Positions 1-10,099 are shown, counted from the stretch's first letter. The stretch is DNA of 64,000 nucleotides from Alphaproteobacteria bacterium (GCA_965216755.1 CBDCGL010000011.1:4352001-4416000), one strand, 5' to 3'. A program made the numbers and translations. The notes: a model not told the origin generated them from the letters alone.

Positions 1-672
1 GCCAACCTTCTCAGCTACCGATGTTTTGCCGTTGCCGGGTGGACCGTACAACAAGATGGCGCGGCCTGAATTCACGCCCGGGCCCAGCTTGCGGATGAAC
101 TCCTCGCTGACCACCAAATCGGTCGAAAAGGCGCTCACGATTTCTTCCGGGCTGATCCGCTCGTTGGAAATGCTCTGCATTTGCACCCGGTCGGTATATT
201 CGGCGAGCGAAATTGGTGCCGGTCCGACATATTGGCTTTGGTTCAGACATTCCACGGCGAAACTGCGCCCAGTTTCGGTCATCACATAGCGGAGTTCCGC
301 GGTGGCGGCGCCGTTGGCCCCCAATATCTCGAAGAACCGGCGACTGATCCCCTCTTTCAGCAGCGGTAATACAATACCCGGCGGCAATCTCAGCGCCTTG
401 GAGGCTTCCGACGGCAATTCCAGGCTGCCCACATACATGGTCTTGACCAGCAGTTTAAGGAGCGCGGCCTGGCTGATTCCGGTTTCCTGCAGGGTCTTTG
501 GCGCGGACGGTGCGGAATGTAGCACCGCCGACAACTTTTCCTCGGTGATCAGATTGAGCGCCAGCAAACAATCAGATAACCGGCCGCCATTCTCATTTTG
601 GTAGGCGATGGCATGTTCGACATCGTTGGGGGTCACCAAGCCTTGCGCGACCAAGATATCGCCGAGCTGCAT
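1..672 (-). CDS. MshEN-like N-terminal domain fused to a P-loop AAA-type ATPase (partial, runs off the left edge)
   Basis: Manual translation from ATG 672 (RBS AAAGGA): MQLGDILVAQGLVTPNDVEHAIAYQNENGGRLSDCLLALNLITEEKL...YVGPAPISL...LLYGPPGNGKTSVAEKVG. Open to position 1; absent from the ORF track because there is no stop in the window. Confidence 0.85.
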   Translation of the reverse strand, partial: MQLGDILVAQGLVTPNDVEHAIAYQNENGGRLSDCLLALNLITEEKLSAVLHSAPSAPKTLQETGISQAALLKLLVKTMYVGSLELPSEASKALRLPPGIVLPLLKEGISRRFFEILGANGAATAELRYVMTETGRSFAVECLNQSQYVGPAPISLAEYTDRVQMQSISNERISPEEIVSAFSTDLVVSEEFIRKLGPGVNSGRAILLYGPPGNGKTSVAEKVG

Positions 673-815
673 GTTAGGGTCCTTTCACCACCGGAGATGG
701 CAGCCGAGGGCACGGGCGCAACGAACGCCCGGCTGCTCGGACAGTGTCACGAGTGAAATTGCGGCCGATTTCGGTGAGTCAAGGTCTTGGACAGAAATTC
801 CGGCGTCACGGCTGC

Positions 816-1866
816 CTATGAAGCGCGGAACGTGCCGTGGAAGCTGATCGGCACGTGATGGGTCAACGCAGCGTCGACAACCGGCCCGGCAGTCAGGTCA
901 TCGGCCCGCAAAATGGCCAAAAAATGCCGTTCCGGTGGTGCCGTCCAGCCCCGCGGTCAGCAGCCAGCCAGCGGCCTCATCCGGACCCGAACGCGGTACA
1001 AAGTTCGGTTCGCCGATATGCCGATCCAGGCCAAAATCGCAGCTCACCACACCGCCGTTTTCGAGGTCAATGCGTGCCACACGGTGCAGCAAACGATCAT
1101 CTGCTGTGCTCGCGACGAAATATCCGTAGCTGTTGTCGTGCAGGCTGCGCCGCGGGTCGACAATGGGAAATTCATAGCTCTGTTCTGCCGAGATCGTCTC
1201 TTCCGTCACCGTTCTACGGGCCACGTTCACGCGGTATCGACGCACAGTACCTTGAAGTGCGCTTGCCCCATGGCGTCCTGTCATGATCGCCGCGAACATG
1301 GGATCCTTACCGACAAAGTGGTCGGGCTCGCCGTAGGCGACAAAGGTCGCGAAGATCTCGGCATCGCTGTCATATGCATTCAGACCATGCCACATGACCG
1401 GCATCACGCCAGCTTGGGATACCGTCGGAATCGCCGGCACATTGTCCATCCAGCTGAGGGCAAGCGTTGTCCAAGTTGGGTAGAGAAACGCACCCGCACG
1501 GGATTCCTCGACAAACTTCTCGGTCCGCACAAAACGGTTGCGATTTCGGACCCGGCCATCCGCGAAATCGAAAGCCTGGATCATGCCATCGCCGTCCAGC
1601 AAATGACGTTTGCGATAGCCGTCACGGTCAAACAATCCGGGACCATTCCGGTACAACGTGCCATTCAGGGTTGGTGGCGGTTTTCCCGATTTGGCGGCGT
1701 GATAGTCATACGCGGTGGTCAGCGATTCGCCCAAGGTGGAAAGCCAAGCGCGCGATCAACTCTTGTTCTGTAACGTCGCGTGATTTGGCTTAACACAAGC
1801 CGGCGCTAATGCGGTCAGGGCGGCCGACGCGCTGCCGTTCATCAAAAACCGTCTCCGTATCAGCAT
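816..1866 (-). pseudogene. Carotenoid/stilbene cleavage oxygenase (RPE65 family) pseudogene with Tat/lipoprotein-like leader
   Basis: Motifs LNGTLYRNGPG, HLLDGDGMI, EFP, GEPNFVP. Leader MLIRRRFL...LAPAC is followed by an in-frame TGA (1756-1758). The central part appears deleted. An extra base in the A6 run at ~919-924 shifts out the C-terminus AILRADDLTAGPV...HVPISFHGTF*. Confidence 0.85.
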
Positions 1867-1893
1867 TTTTCTCACCGAACAAATCTTGAACAA

Positions 1894-1912
1894 ATGTTAA
1901 CGATGTCAACAT
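1894..1912. promoter_or_regulatory. Palindromic operator, probably TetR-bound
   Basis: ATGTTAAC-GAT-GTCAACAT near-perfect inverted repeat between the divergent oxygenase and TetR genes. Confidence 0.55.
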
Positions 1913-2039
1913 GGTTGCGAAATCGACCTGTCGTAGTGACCGAAGCTGGTCTAGAAGAAGGCGCGGAGAAGGAGCGTGCGTGACGAAATCAACGAAAAAC
2001 CGCACGGTGGAGCCATCAGAGTAGTCCATTGCGAAAAGA

Positions 2040-2378
2040 TTGGGCGCCTACCACCACGGCGATTTGCGCGCGGCCTTGCTGCAGGCGTCGATTGAAATTT
2101 TTGAAAACGATGGTATCGCGGCGCTGTCTTTGCGCGCCGCGGTGCGCGACTCGAGTAGGGCGGCCGCCATAGCGGCCTGGGCCTATGTACATGGACTGGC
2201 CACACTGATTGGCGACAGACAGATTGTTCCCGGTAAGAATGGGGCGCCAGAGCTTGAAGACTTGATGCGTGGCGCCGGATCAACATTCTTGAAGGGGTTT
2301 ATAGGTCATGCTGCGGGCATCGCCGATCATGCGCCGGAGGGCGAGACGCGTTCGGAGCAACGGCCCGAAAAAGGGTAG
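2040..2378 (+). pseudogene. TetR/WHG-family regulator with internal deletion
   Basis: N-terminus YHHGDLRAALL...LSLRA joins almost directly to the C-terminal AWAYVHGLATL. The HTH recognition helix and middle region are missing. Confidence 0.75.
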
Positions 2379-2386
2379 CGTTAGAC

Positions 2387-3112
2387 ATGCGATGTGATCT
2401 GAGTGGACGACCGGCCAGGGCGTTGGCAATTGCGCTGTCGCTATTTTGGTTCATGGCGGGCGCGCAAGCCGATGTATTTGATGCGCATCGTCAGCTTATG
2501 GTCGATGCCATACGCGATGGTGATCATGGTCGTGTGGCGGCGCTGTTGAAAACACCGTACATAGATATCCACGAGCCCGTCGGCGCGCAGGCACTGAGTT
2601 TTCTGTATCTGGCGGTTTGGCGGTTGCAGCCAGAAATCGTCGAAACGCTGTTGGCAGCCGGCGCGAGTCTCAAGACCGTCACCAAGGGCGGCACCACGGT
2701 GTGGTGGCAGGCCATAAATGGAGGCACCTATTCAAGTACCCTGCCGGCAGACCAGGCAGCGGGCATTCGCCAGCGTCAATACGAGGTGTTCGCGCGATTA
2801 TATCGATCTGAAGGTTTTCCGATCGTGGTGCGCAACAAGAACGGCTACCTAAATCCTAACGGAAACATCTTCCATGTGATTGCCAGCCGCTGCGCGCGGG
2901 GTGCGGAAAACCAAGTGGCCGATGGCTTGTTTGCGATGCGCATTTCAAGACTTTTGACCGAGCCCGAGGTGATGCCTGTATCGCGCTTGATGCTGCGCGA
3001 ACCCACGCCACAGGGACTGGCGCCAGCCGACGTGGCCCGTGCCGTCGGTCGCCGCCATGAAGCCGCGCGTTGCGATGAGCTGGCCGCCTACTACGACGAA
3101 ATGGCGAAGTAG
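2387..3112 (+). CDS. Secreted ankyrin-repeat-like protein
   Basis: Signal peptide ending AQA; ankyrin-like segments LYLAVWRLQPEIVETLLAAGAS, GNIFHVIA, GLAPADVA. Confidence 0.65.
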   Translation: MRCDLSGRPARALAIALSLFWFMAGAQADVFDAHRQLMVDAIRDGDHGRVAALLKTPYIDIHEPVGAQALSFLYLAVWRLQPEIVETLLAAGASLKTVTKGGTTVWWQAINGGTYSSTLPADQAAGIRQRQYEVFARLYRSEGFPIVVRNKNGYLNPNGNIFHVIASRCARGAENQVADGLFAMRISRLLTEPEVMPVSRLMLREPTPQGLAPADVARAVGRRHEAARCDELAAYYDEMAK

Positions 3113-3138
3113 GGGCGCACGTCCAGTTTCCGTTGTCG

Positions 3139-3166
3139 AAAAAAAAGCGGGGCCCGAAAGCCCCGC
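3139..3166 (-). terminator. Rho-independent terminator (possibly bidirectional)
   Basis: GCGGGGC-loop-GCCCCGC hairpin with a T8 tract on the minus strand, between convergent genes. Confidence 0.85.
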
Positions 3167-3193
3167 CAAATTTTGTGGGTCTGGTCAGGCCGC

Positions 3194-4702
3194 CTAGGCG
3201 GTCGACTTGGCCACGAAGCCACATGAGGTTTCGTTAACCAATCCCGGCAGGCCACCAGCCACTTGGTATTGCGTCTTGATCTGCGCGAATTTGTCCTCGG
3301 TGAACGGACTATAGTCCGCCTGCAAATCAAGGTTGTAGAGCCGTGCGGAGTTGAATCCGAAGATCTGACTCTTGACGAAGCTGTCCGCACCGCCCATGGG
3401 TGCAAATCCGTGCTTCTCTTGCATATCTTCGGGAATTTCAAGCCGGCGCATGGCTTCAATCTGCCATTGCGGCGACCCGTACCACAGCGAATCCGTACCC
3501 CAAACCACGTGGTCGGCGCCCATGCCCTTAATGTAGGTGCCGAGCAACGCGGCCGCGAAACGCGGATTGGCCGTCGCGGAATTGGCGAACGAGGTGCCGA
3601 GTTCGGCATACACGTTTGAGACACCATATTCTTGCGGAATTTGCGCCAAGTGGCTCGCCCACTCGATTTCTCCGCTTTCTTCGAACTTCGCCAAGGCGGC
3701 ATCTGGCAGTTCCAAGAACGCGCGCAGGCAACCATGGTAGATGACAAAGTTCATGTCGGGCCAATCTTGTGCCGCCTTGCCAATATCCCAATGGGTATTG
3801 TATTGCCACACGCCCTTCCAGCTTTCCTCGTAGTCCGCCGGCAACAGGCCCTTGTGAATGGCGATCGTGTTTATACCCGCCGCGAGTGCTTTCTCATAGA
3901 ACGGGTACATCAGCTCTTCGTCGTCGAGCCGCCACGGGAATTTGGTCGCCGACGACAAAGGATCGCCAATGGTATAGGACTTCCACGCATCAGGTGACAC
4001 CTCCGCCAGCGCCCGGTCGACTTCGTCCATCCACCCGTCTTGGCCCGGCGTGATCACGAAGTGGCCCAGCAGGCGTCGGCTGCCGGCAACATCGTTGATC
4101 ATGTTGACGGCTTCTTTGATTTGGTCATTTGGCAGCAACCACCATTCAGGATCGTCGAACGGTGCGCCGCTCAATAACGCTACTTTCGTGTCGCTGTTCA
4201 TATAGATTTGGCGTACATAGTTTTCAAACTTATAGTACGCTAAAGTAAGTTGGCTCTTGTCCAGCGACGGGTTCCAGTGGTCCGAAGCAAAGATGCCAAG
4301 CCCCAACAGCCCTTCTTGGTTGAAGTCGTCGTGCACAAAGTGCGTTTGATCATCAAGGATGAATTGGTGCGACAAGGCGTCGGCGCGGGCTGCGGCCAGT
4401 TCCGGCTGCGCGGCTTCGGCTTCTGAAACCTGGAAAACATCGCCATAGACCTGGTTCATGGCCAAGAAAGCGGCGGCCATGCCAGAGCTTGTGCGCAAAA
4501 ATTGGCGCCGGTCCATGCCAAGCTTTTTGCCATAGAGATCCGCCAATTCGGCGATTCGGCCCTCGACTTGTTTTTGTTGCGCGGTTTGCGGCAGCGGATT
4601 GAATTCGCCGTTCGACATGATTTGTGTCGGTACCGGCGAATCAAAAGCAGCTTGCGCGGGATTAACCCGGTCAAACTCACGGTCGCTGAAATACGTTCCC
4701 AT
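3194..4702 (-). CDS. Amidohydrolase family protein (Amidohydro_2-like)
   Basis: DDQTH, IAIHKG, FVIYH and WGTDSLWYGSPQWQIEA motifs; RBS GGGGAGG; internal DRRQFL twin-Arg-like segment. Confidence 0.9.
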   Translation of the reverse strand: MGTYFSDREFDRVNPAQAAFDSPVPTQIMSNGEFNPLPQTAQQKQVEGRIAELADLYGKKLGMDRRQFLRTSSGMAAAFLAMNQVYGDVFQVSEAEAAQPELAAARADALSHQFILDDQTHFVHDDFNQEGLLGLGIFASDHWNPSLDKSQLTLAYYKFENYVRQIYMNSDTKVALLSGAPFDDPEWWLLPNDQIKEAVNMINDVAGSRRLLGHFVITPGQDGWMDEVDRALAEVSPDAWKSYTIGDPLSSATKFPWRLDDEELMYPFYEKALAAGINTIAIHKGLLPADYEESWKGVWQYNTHWDIGKAAQDWPDMNFVIYHGCLRAFLELPDAALAKFEESGEIEWASHLAQIPQEYGVSNVYAELGTSFANSATANPRFAAALLGTYIKGMGADHVVWGTDSLWYGSPQWQIEAMRRLEIPEDMQEKHGFAPMGGADSFVKSQIFGFNSARLYNLDLQADYSPFTEDKFAQIKTQYQVAGGLPGLVNETSCGFVAKSTA

Positions 4703-4968
4703 TGAGGTTTACCTCCCCTTCGACGTGCTGAGTATCGATCTCGCAGTTCACGATCAAATCTTGCGTCAAGTAAAAACGGTTCTCAGTTGCAGTTGTTTCC
4801 GCAACATATCCGCGTTACCGCGAAACCCATCGCGTGCTCAACGCTCATTTTATAGTCTGTCGAAATGTCGCGGCGAAAACAACCGCTATGCACGATGTGC
4901 TGACAAACGAACGACCGCCGCGCATGGCGCGCGACGGTCGCCTATCGCAATCGAAATTGAGTTCTTGC

Positions 4969-5157
4969 TTAGCCGCCGGCGTCACCGGTTGATTGCTTGG
5001 TGGTTTTGGTCTTGGTGTCAGCCGTTTGTAGCGCATCCGACGAAACTTCATGCGATTTGCCGCTACAAAGACCGCCGGCCATCGCCGGAGCCGAGAGCGC
5101 AACGACCCCAAGCGCTAACAGGACCGCGGCCATAACTCGCCTGCCACATCCGAACAT
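4969..5157 (-). CDS. Small secreted hypothetical protein
   Basis: ATG 5157 with GAAGGGA upstream; signal peptide ending AMA followed by a short hydrophilic mature part. Confidence 0.55.
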   Translation of the reverse strand: MFGCGRRVMAAVLLALGVVALSAPAMAGGLCSGKSHEVSSDALQTADTKTKTTKQSTGDAGG

Positions 5158-5393
5158 CGGACATATCCCTTCGGTGATTTGCGATCGTTCAAGCACGACA
5201 GACCGGGCTTGGCTTGTCAAGGAAGGGCGGTTCACGACTTTGGGACTCGGGGTATCGCGCGTGGTCGCCATCATGGTGCATCCGGCTCATGCGGTATCTG
5301 GGGTAATTGCATAAAATCCCACGCATTCTCGGGATTTCGCCGGACGCGACGTGCGAACTGGCTAAATACAGAGCTATTTCAGGATGTTAGTGG

Positions 5394-5756
5394 ATGTCCG
5401 ATCTGATTCCGATTTCCTATACAGTTATGCATCTGCCGCCGGCGGCGGGCAGCACGGCGACCGCAGATAAGGATGACGATCGGACGGAAACGCGCCATGC
5501 CACAGGGCTCTTGCGTCGTGCCAACGCGGCTTACCGCAATGGCCGAAGAGCCGGCGACCTTAGCGGTCATGAGTGCGCGCCCGTTGGTGTCGTTTCGCCA
5601 CGATTTCTCGCGCAGGTGATCGCTCAGAACTTGACCTGCGATAAAGGGACTTTGGTTGCTGCCGATCCAGACGATTACGCCACCCACTATCAAGAGGCGA
5701 TCGACCGTGCCGATGCCGATCAAGGGCTGAGCTTTGTTCTAGATGTCAATGTCTAG
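5394..5756 (+). CDS. Hypothetical protein
   Basis: 120-aa ORF filling the gap; AGGA upstream. Confidence 0.5.
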   Translation: MSDLIPISYTVMHLPPAAGSTATADKDDDRTETRHATGLLRRANAAYRNGRRAGDLSGHECAPVGVVSPRFLAQVIAQNLTCDKGTLVAADPDDYATHYQEAIDRADADQGLSFVLDVNV

Positions 5757-5834
5757 ATAGTTAGGCCGAGATCAAAAGCGGTATGTCGACGCCGAATTTC
5801 GGCCACTCTGGCGATGGCTGGTGAATTGTTGCGT

Positions 5835-6584
5835 CTACAAAGATGTGCTGAGATTTTCCAAGGCGCCGGGTTGGCGGATCGTAATTACGCCCCTTTCCAT
5901 GGTGAGCAGCCCTTCCGATTGCCAGACCCCCATAACTTTGTTGATGCTCTCGCGGGTTGTCCCCATGAGGTTGCCAAGGTCTTGTTGTGAGAGCTTCAGC
6001 GAAATTCGGGTCCCGTCGGGAACCTGGTGTCCGAAATGCTCTGCGAGCCGCAACAGATGTTTCGCAAGGCGGGCTGGGAGATTCAGAAACACCACATCTT
6101 CGTAAAGGTCGCTGACCCACCGGATACGCCCGCACAAAACTGCCAAAAGGCGTACACAAAGCTCAGGCCGCTGCTTCAGAAAGGGCATGAAATCAGCAGC
6201 ATCGATGACCAGCAGTTCGCTGGGCTCCATAACCACGGCGTCCGCCGTCCGTTCCTTGCCGTCGATCAGCGCAATTTCGCCGAACAGTTCGCCCGGGCCC
6301 AGAATGTTCAGAACGACTTCCTTGCCTTCTTCCGAAAGCGTGCTGATCTTGATGCGCCCGCGCAGAATCGCCAGCAGGGCGTTACCGGCGTCACCCTTTT
6401 GGAATAGAATCTCGCGCGGCGTGCAGCGCCGCAAATGCGCAAAAGCCAACAACGACTGCCATTCGCTGTCATCCAAATGATGCAGCAAGAAGTGCTTGGA
6501 TAGGATCTCCCGCCATTCGCTTCGGCTGACTGGTGCCACCACAGCCACTCCCGGGTACCGCCATTGTTCTGACTGTTGCGGCAA
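5835..6584 (-). CDS. Crp/Fnr family transcriptional regulator
   Basis: cNMP-binding motif FGEIALIDGKERTADA and HTH SQQDLGNLMGTTRESINK; start uncertain. Confidence 0.95.
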   Translation of the reverse strand: MPQQSEQWRYPGVAVVAPVSRSEWREILSKHFLLHHLDDSEWQSLLAFAHLRRCTPREILFQKGDAGNALLAILRGRIKISTLSEEGKEVVLNILGPGELFGEIALIDGKERTADAVVMEPSELLVIDAADFMPFLKQRPELCVRLLAVLCGRIRWVSDLYEDVVFLNLPARLAKHLLRLAEHFGHQVPDGTRISLKLSQQDLGNLMGTTRESINKVMGVWQSEGLLTMERGVITIRQPGALENLSTSL

Positions 6585-6747
6585 TCATACCGTCATGTGG
6601 CCGATGGCGCACGGCTAAGTGGCTTGGTGGCGGATATGCGATGTCCAAGTAGAAGCGCCGCACGGTCAGAACCAGCGGCACGGCGGCCCTCTACCCGCAT
6701 CAGAACGGCATTAGCCTACGGTCGTATTTTGTCTCGGAAATCGCGCC

Positions 6748-7056
6748 CTATAGAGTCGACGTCCCGCGGTGCCACATACGCGCCGCGGTGCGCACGCCGG
6801 GGCGCTGATCGGTATGCGCGATCATCCGGTGCTGAGACCATTTGCCCTTGCGTGCGTGTGTCTCAATGGCCGCAAATTGTGCCGCCGCAATAACCATATC
6901 CGCGGGCGAGCGCACATCGCCGGTACGTGCGTCCGCTTCCAAGGCCGGGCCGCACGCCTGCGCCACAGTCGCCGTGACAACGAGCGCGCCCGCCAGCATT
7001 GCGCCAGCGAGGCGCCGCATTACGACGGGTTTGGAAACAGGAAACATGTCCATCAC
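6748..7056 (-). CDS. Hypothetical exported protein
   Basis: RBS AAGGAG; signal-peptide-like RRLAGAMLAGALVVTATVAQAC. Confidence 0.5.
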   Translation of the reverse strand: MMDMFPVSKPVVMRRLAGAMLAGALVVTATVAQACGPALEADARTGDVRSPADMVIAAAQFAAIETHARKGKWSQHRMIAHTDQRPGVRTAARMWHRGTSTL

Positions 7057-7217
7057 TCCTTGGCGTCGAATTCTTTGTGCGCGTATCCTATAAATGCTTA
7101 CGTAAAAACGCTGTTAACTGGTTCACAGGCGAAGGTTCATAGCGTGATCACGTTTGCGCGACTGGGATCCGAATAGACTTGTCGGATACGGTTTCGACGC
7201 GGAATGGGACTTGGGGC

Positions 7218-8465
7218 GTGGCTGAATCCAACTTCGACGACGCGGCCTTTGTGCGAGACTTCGACACGCGGACGTTGACCCAGGAGTTCTTGGACAATCC
7301 CTATCCCTATTACCGTGCCCTTCGCGATCACGACCCGGTGCATCTTTGCCCCGATGGTTCGTACTTCCTGACGCGCTACCAGGACGTATCCGCGGTCTAC
7401 CGCGATCCCCGCATGAGCTCCGATAAAAAGTTGGAATTTAAGGAAAAATTCGGTGATGGCCCACTGTATGACCATCACACGACCAGCCTGGTTTTCAATG
7501 ATCCGCCGCTCCACACGCGGGTGCGCAAGTTGCTGGCAGCCGCGTTCACGCCACGCGCGTTGCAGGCCATGACGCCGCGTATCGTGGCCTTGGTCGACGG
7601 CTTTTTGGACGTGGCCGAAGACGCCGGCCGCATGGACCTGATTGGCGATTTTGCTTTTGCGCTGCCGGTTGAGGTGATTTGCGAAATGCTCGGCGTGCCG
7701 CGGCATGAAAGGGCACCCTTGCGCGATTGGTCCCTGGCGATTTTGGGTGCTCTGGAACCGACCATCAGCATGGAGGCGCTCGTGCGGGGCAATCGCGCGG
7801 TCGAGGATTTCCTTGAGTTTTTGCGCCGACTTGTGGCGGCGCGCAAACGGAACCTGCGCGATGACGACATTCTCAGTACTCTTATTGTCGGCAAAGTTGA
7901 TGGTGTTGGGTTAAGTGACGACGAGCTGCTCCAGAACTGCATTTTCATTCTCAATGCCGGCCATGAGACGACCACCAACCTGATCGGCAACGGCATCAAT
8001 GCCTTGCTCGAAAATCCCGATGAACTGCGACGGTTGCGGGACAATCCGGAGTTGATCGACACGGCGATCGAAGAGTTCCTGCGCTATGAAAGTTCAAACC
8101 AACTGGGTAATCGCCTGGTGGCGTCGGCGGCGGAAATTGGTGGCGTCGAAATGCCGGCCGGGACGCGCATCACCATGTGTATCGGAGCCGCCAATCGAGA
8201 TCCGGACGAATTCAACGATCCAGAGCGGCTGGATATCGGGCGCGCGCCGAACCGGCATTTGGCGTTTGGCGCCGGCCCACACATTTGCCTTGGCAATAGT
8301 CTGGCACGGATTGAAAGCAGGGTCGCGATTGGGGCGCTATTGGCAAGATTTCCAAAGATGCGCCCCGATGGCGCGCTTGTGCGTGGTGGCCGTGCCCGGT
8401 TTCGCGGCTTTCGATCCAACCGGTCACGTTTTGACGTCGCTCGGGGCGAAGTGATTTCTCTCTAG
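7218..8465 (+). CDS. Cytochrome P450
   Basis: AGHETT I-helix, EEFLR ExxR motif and heme signature FGAGPHICLG. Confidence 0.97.
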   Translation: MAESNFDDAAFVRDFDTRTLTQEFLDNPYPYYRALRDHDPVHLCPDGSYFLTRYQDVSAVYRDPRMSSDKKLEFKEKFGDGPLYDHHTTSLVFNDPPLHTRVRKLLAAAFTPRALQAMTPRIVALVDGFLDVAEDAGRMDLIGDFAFALPVEVICEMLGVPRHERAPLRDWSLAILGALEPTISMEALVRGNRAVEDFLEFLRRLVAARKRNLRDDDILSTLIVGKVDGVGLSDDELLQNCIFILNAGHETTTNLIGNGINALLENPDELRRLRDNPELIDTAIEEFLRYESSNQLGNRLVASAAEIGGVEMPAGTRITMCIGAANRDPDEFNDPERLDIGRAPNRHLAFGAGPHICLGNSLARIESRVAIGALLARFPKMRPDGALVRGGRARFRGFRSNRSRFDVARGEVISL

Positions 8466-8627
8466 TGTCCCGATTCCGAACTCGTTGTATCTATCCGCAG
8501 CATCTTTCCGAACTTCGGAATCGGAAGGGCACTGTCTAACTTTATGAAACGAGTGTGGTTTTCGGATCTGAAATTTCTAATCCAGTTTGCCACAATAATC
8601 ATCGGAAGTTCAGATCCACCACACGAG
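8462..8627. repeat. CTAG-anchored double-hairpin extragenic palindromic element (MITE/RIME-like)
   Basis: GTGTCCCGATTCCGAA...TTCGGAATCGGAAGGGCAC followed by GTGTGG..GGATCTGAA...TTCAGATCCACCACAC; begins at CTAG overlapping the P450 stop. Confidence 0.7.
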
Positions 8628-8662
8628 TGGCGCAACACACAATGTCAGAGGAGATTGGCAAA

Positions 8663-9550
8663 ATGGGCAATGGAAACGTTCGGGTTGGCTATATCGGTCT
8701 CGGTTTTATGGGTGGGCCGATGGCGGCGCGCCTGGCCAAGGCGGGATTGCCCCTGACCGTGTGGAATCGCAGCGCTGACAAAATGGCGCCAGTGACCGCA
8801 CTTGGCGCCACGGCCGGTGAAACACCAGCGCAGGTTGCGGCGGCCGGCGACGTCATTTTTCTGTGCCTGACTGACACCGCGGCCGTGGAAACCGTCGTGT
8901 TCGGCGAAAACGGAATCGCCGCGGTCGCGGATGCCAGCAAAATTGTAGTCGATATGTCGAGCATTCGACCCGAAGCGACCCGCGACATGGCCAACCGTTT
9001 GCGCGACCAAACCGGGGCCCGTTGGATGGACGCGCCGGTTTCGGGTGGCATTCCCGGCGCCGAACAGGGCACCTTGGCTGTGATGGCCGGTGGCGACGAA
9101 GCCGATTTCGCGGCCGTCAAACCGGTTGTGGCGCATCTTGCCGGCCGATTTACACTTATGGGACCGGTTGGTGCCGGCCAGGCGACCAAACTGGTCAATC
9201 AGGTGATCGTCGGTTGCACCGTGGCGGTTTTGGCGGAAGCCGTGGCGTTGGCGCGAGACTGTGGTATTGACGCCACGCGCATTCCCCAGGCGCTTGCCGG
9301 CGGGCGTGCCGATTCGCTCCCTTTGCAGCAATTCCTGCCCAAGATGGCCACCGGCGACTTCACACCGGAAAGCTACTTGAACACGATGCTCAAGGACTTG
9401 GATACCGTGCAAGATGTTGCACGCCAAGGGCCGACCGCCATGCCGATGACGGCGATCGCAGCCGAACTGCACCGTTTGCTGGTCAAACGCGGCAAAGGAC
9501 GCGCCGATGGCACGGCGTTGATGATGTTGTATCGGGATGAGCCAGTCTGA
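8663..9550 (+). CDS. NAD(P)-dependent beta-hydroxyacid dehydrogenase (3-hydroxyisobutyrate dehydrogenase/tartronate semialdehyde reductase family)
   Basis: GYIGLGFMG, DAPVSGG and catalytic K in TKLVNQ; RBS GAGGAG before ATG 8663. Confidence 0.95.
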   Translation: MGNGNVRVGYIGLGFMGGPMAARLAKAGLPLTVWNRSADKMAPVTALGATAGETPAQVAAAGDVIFLCLTDTAAVETVVFGENGIAAVADASKIVVDMSSIRPEATRDMANRLRDQTGARWMDAPVSGGIPGAEQGTLAVMAGGDEADFAAVKPVVAHLAGRFTLMGPVGAGQATKLVNQVIVGCTVAVLAEAVALARDCGIDATRIPQALAGGRADSLPLQQFLPKMATGDFTPESYLNTMLKDLDTVQDVARQGPTAMPMTAIAAELHRLLVKRGKGRADGTALMMLYRDEPV

Positions 9551-9577
9551 CCGACGGGCCGCTCGATTCGCGCGTTT

Positions 9578-10099
9578 CTAATCGCCCGGCGACGGCTTCG
9601 ACGCAGCGACTCGTGTAAAGCCGGTATCGCGTTCAATACCGGCCACATCGTCGGGCCGCGGAAAGGGTTCGGGTGGCGCTGTGCCGGGCTGGCGTTCGCG
9701 GCCGATCGCAGCAAAGAAATCCTCCAGGCCCGGCGGCGCGATCACCCACAGCATGACCAGGTCGTCGCTTGAATCGTTGATGATTTCATGGCGCACGTCT
9801 GCGCCCAAAAAGCATACCGTGCCCGGCACGCAACTATGGCGCGCACCATCGACAACCACAGTGCCGCGGCCCCGAAAACATATTTGAAGCTCGACTTGTC
9901 GGTCGTGGGCGTGGGCGCGTATGCGGCCGCCGGGCGCCACGGTTTGAAACCCCATGGAAAGGGCGTTGCAGCCGGTGGCCGCCGGTATCGCTTTCGGATG
10001 GGCAAATCCGTTGGCAGGCACGGGCTGCCAATAGGACATGCCGTCATCCGGTTGTAAAACAAGGGCTTTGCCCCGCGCCAGGTCCGCTTCGACGCTCAT
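9578..10099 (-). CDS. Cupin domain protein
   Basis: HAH-x4-E and RHEIIN cupin metal motifs. Confidence 0.9.
   Translation of the reverse strand: MSVEADLARGKALVLQPDDGMSYWQPVPANGFAHPKAIPAATGCNALSMGFQTVAPGGRIRAHAHDRQVELQICFRGRGTVVVDGARHSCVPGTVCFLGADVRHEIINDSSDDLVMLWVIAPPGLEDFFAAIGRERQPGTAPPEPFPRPDDVAGIERDTGFTRVAASKPSPGD

Noticed and set aside
1756-1758. In-frame TGA as selenocysteine in the oxygenase
   Set aside because: It lies in a non-catalytic linker and the gene has other inactivating lesions.
1790-2029. 79-aa ORF
   Set aside because: Overlaps the true oxygenase start and the operator region; no family features.
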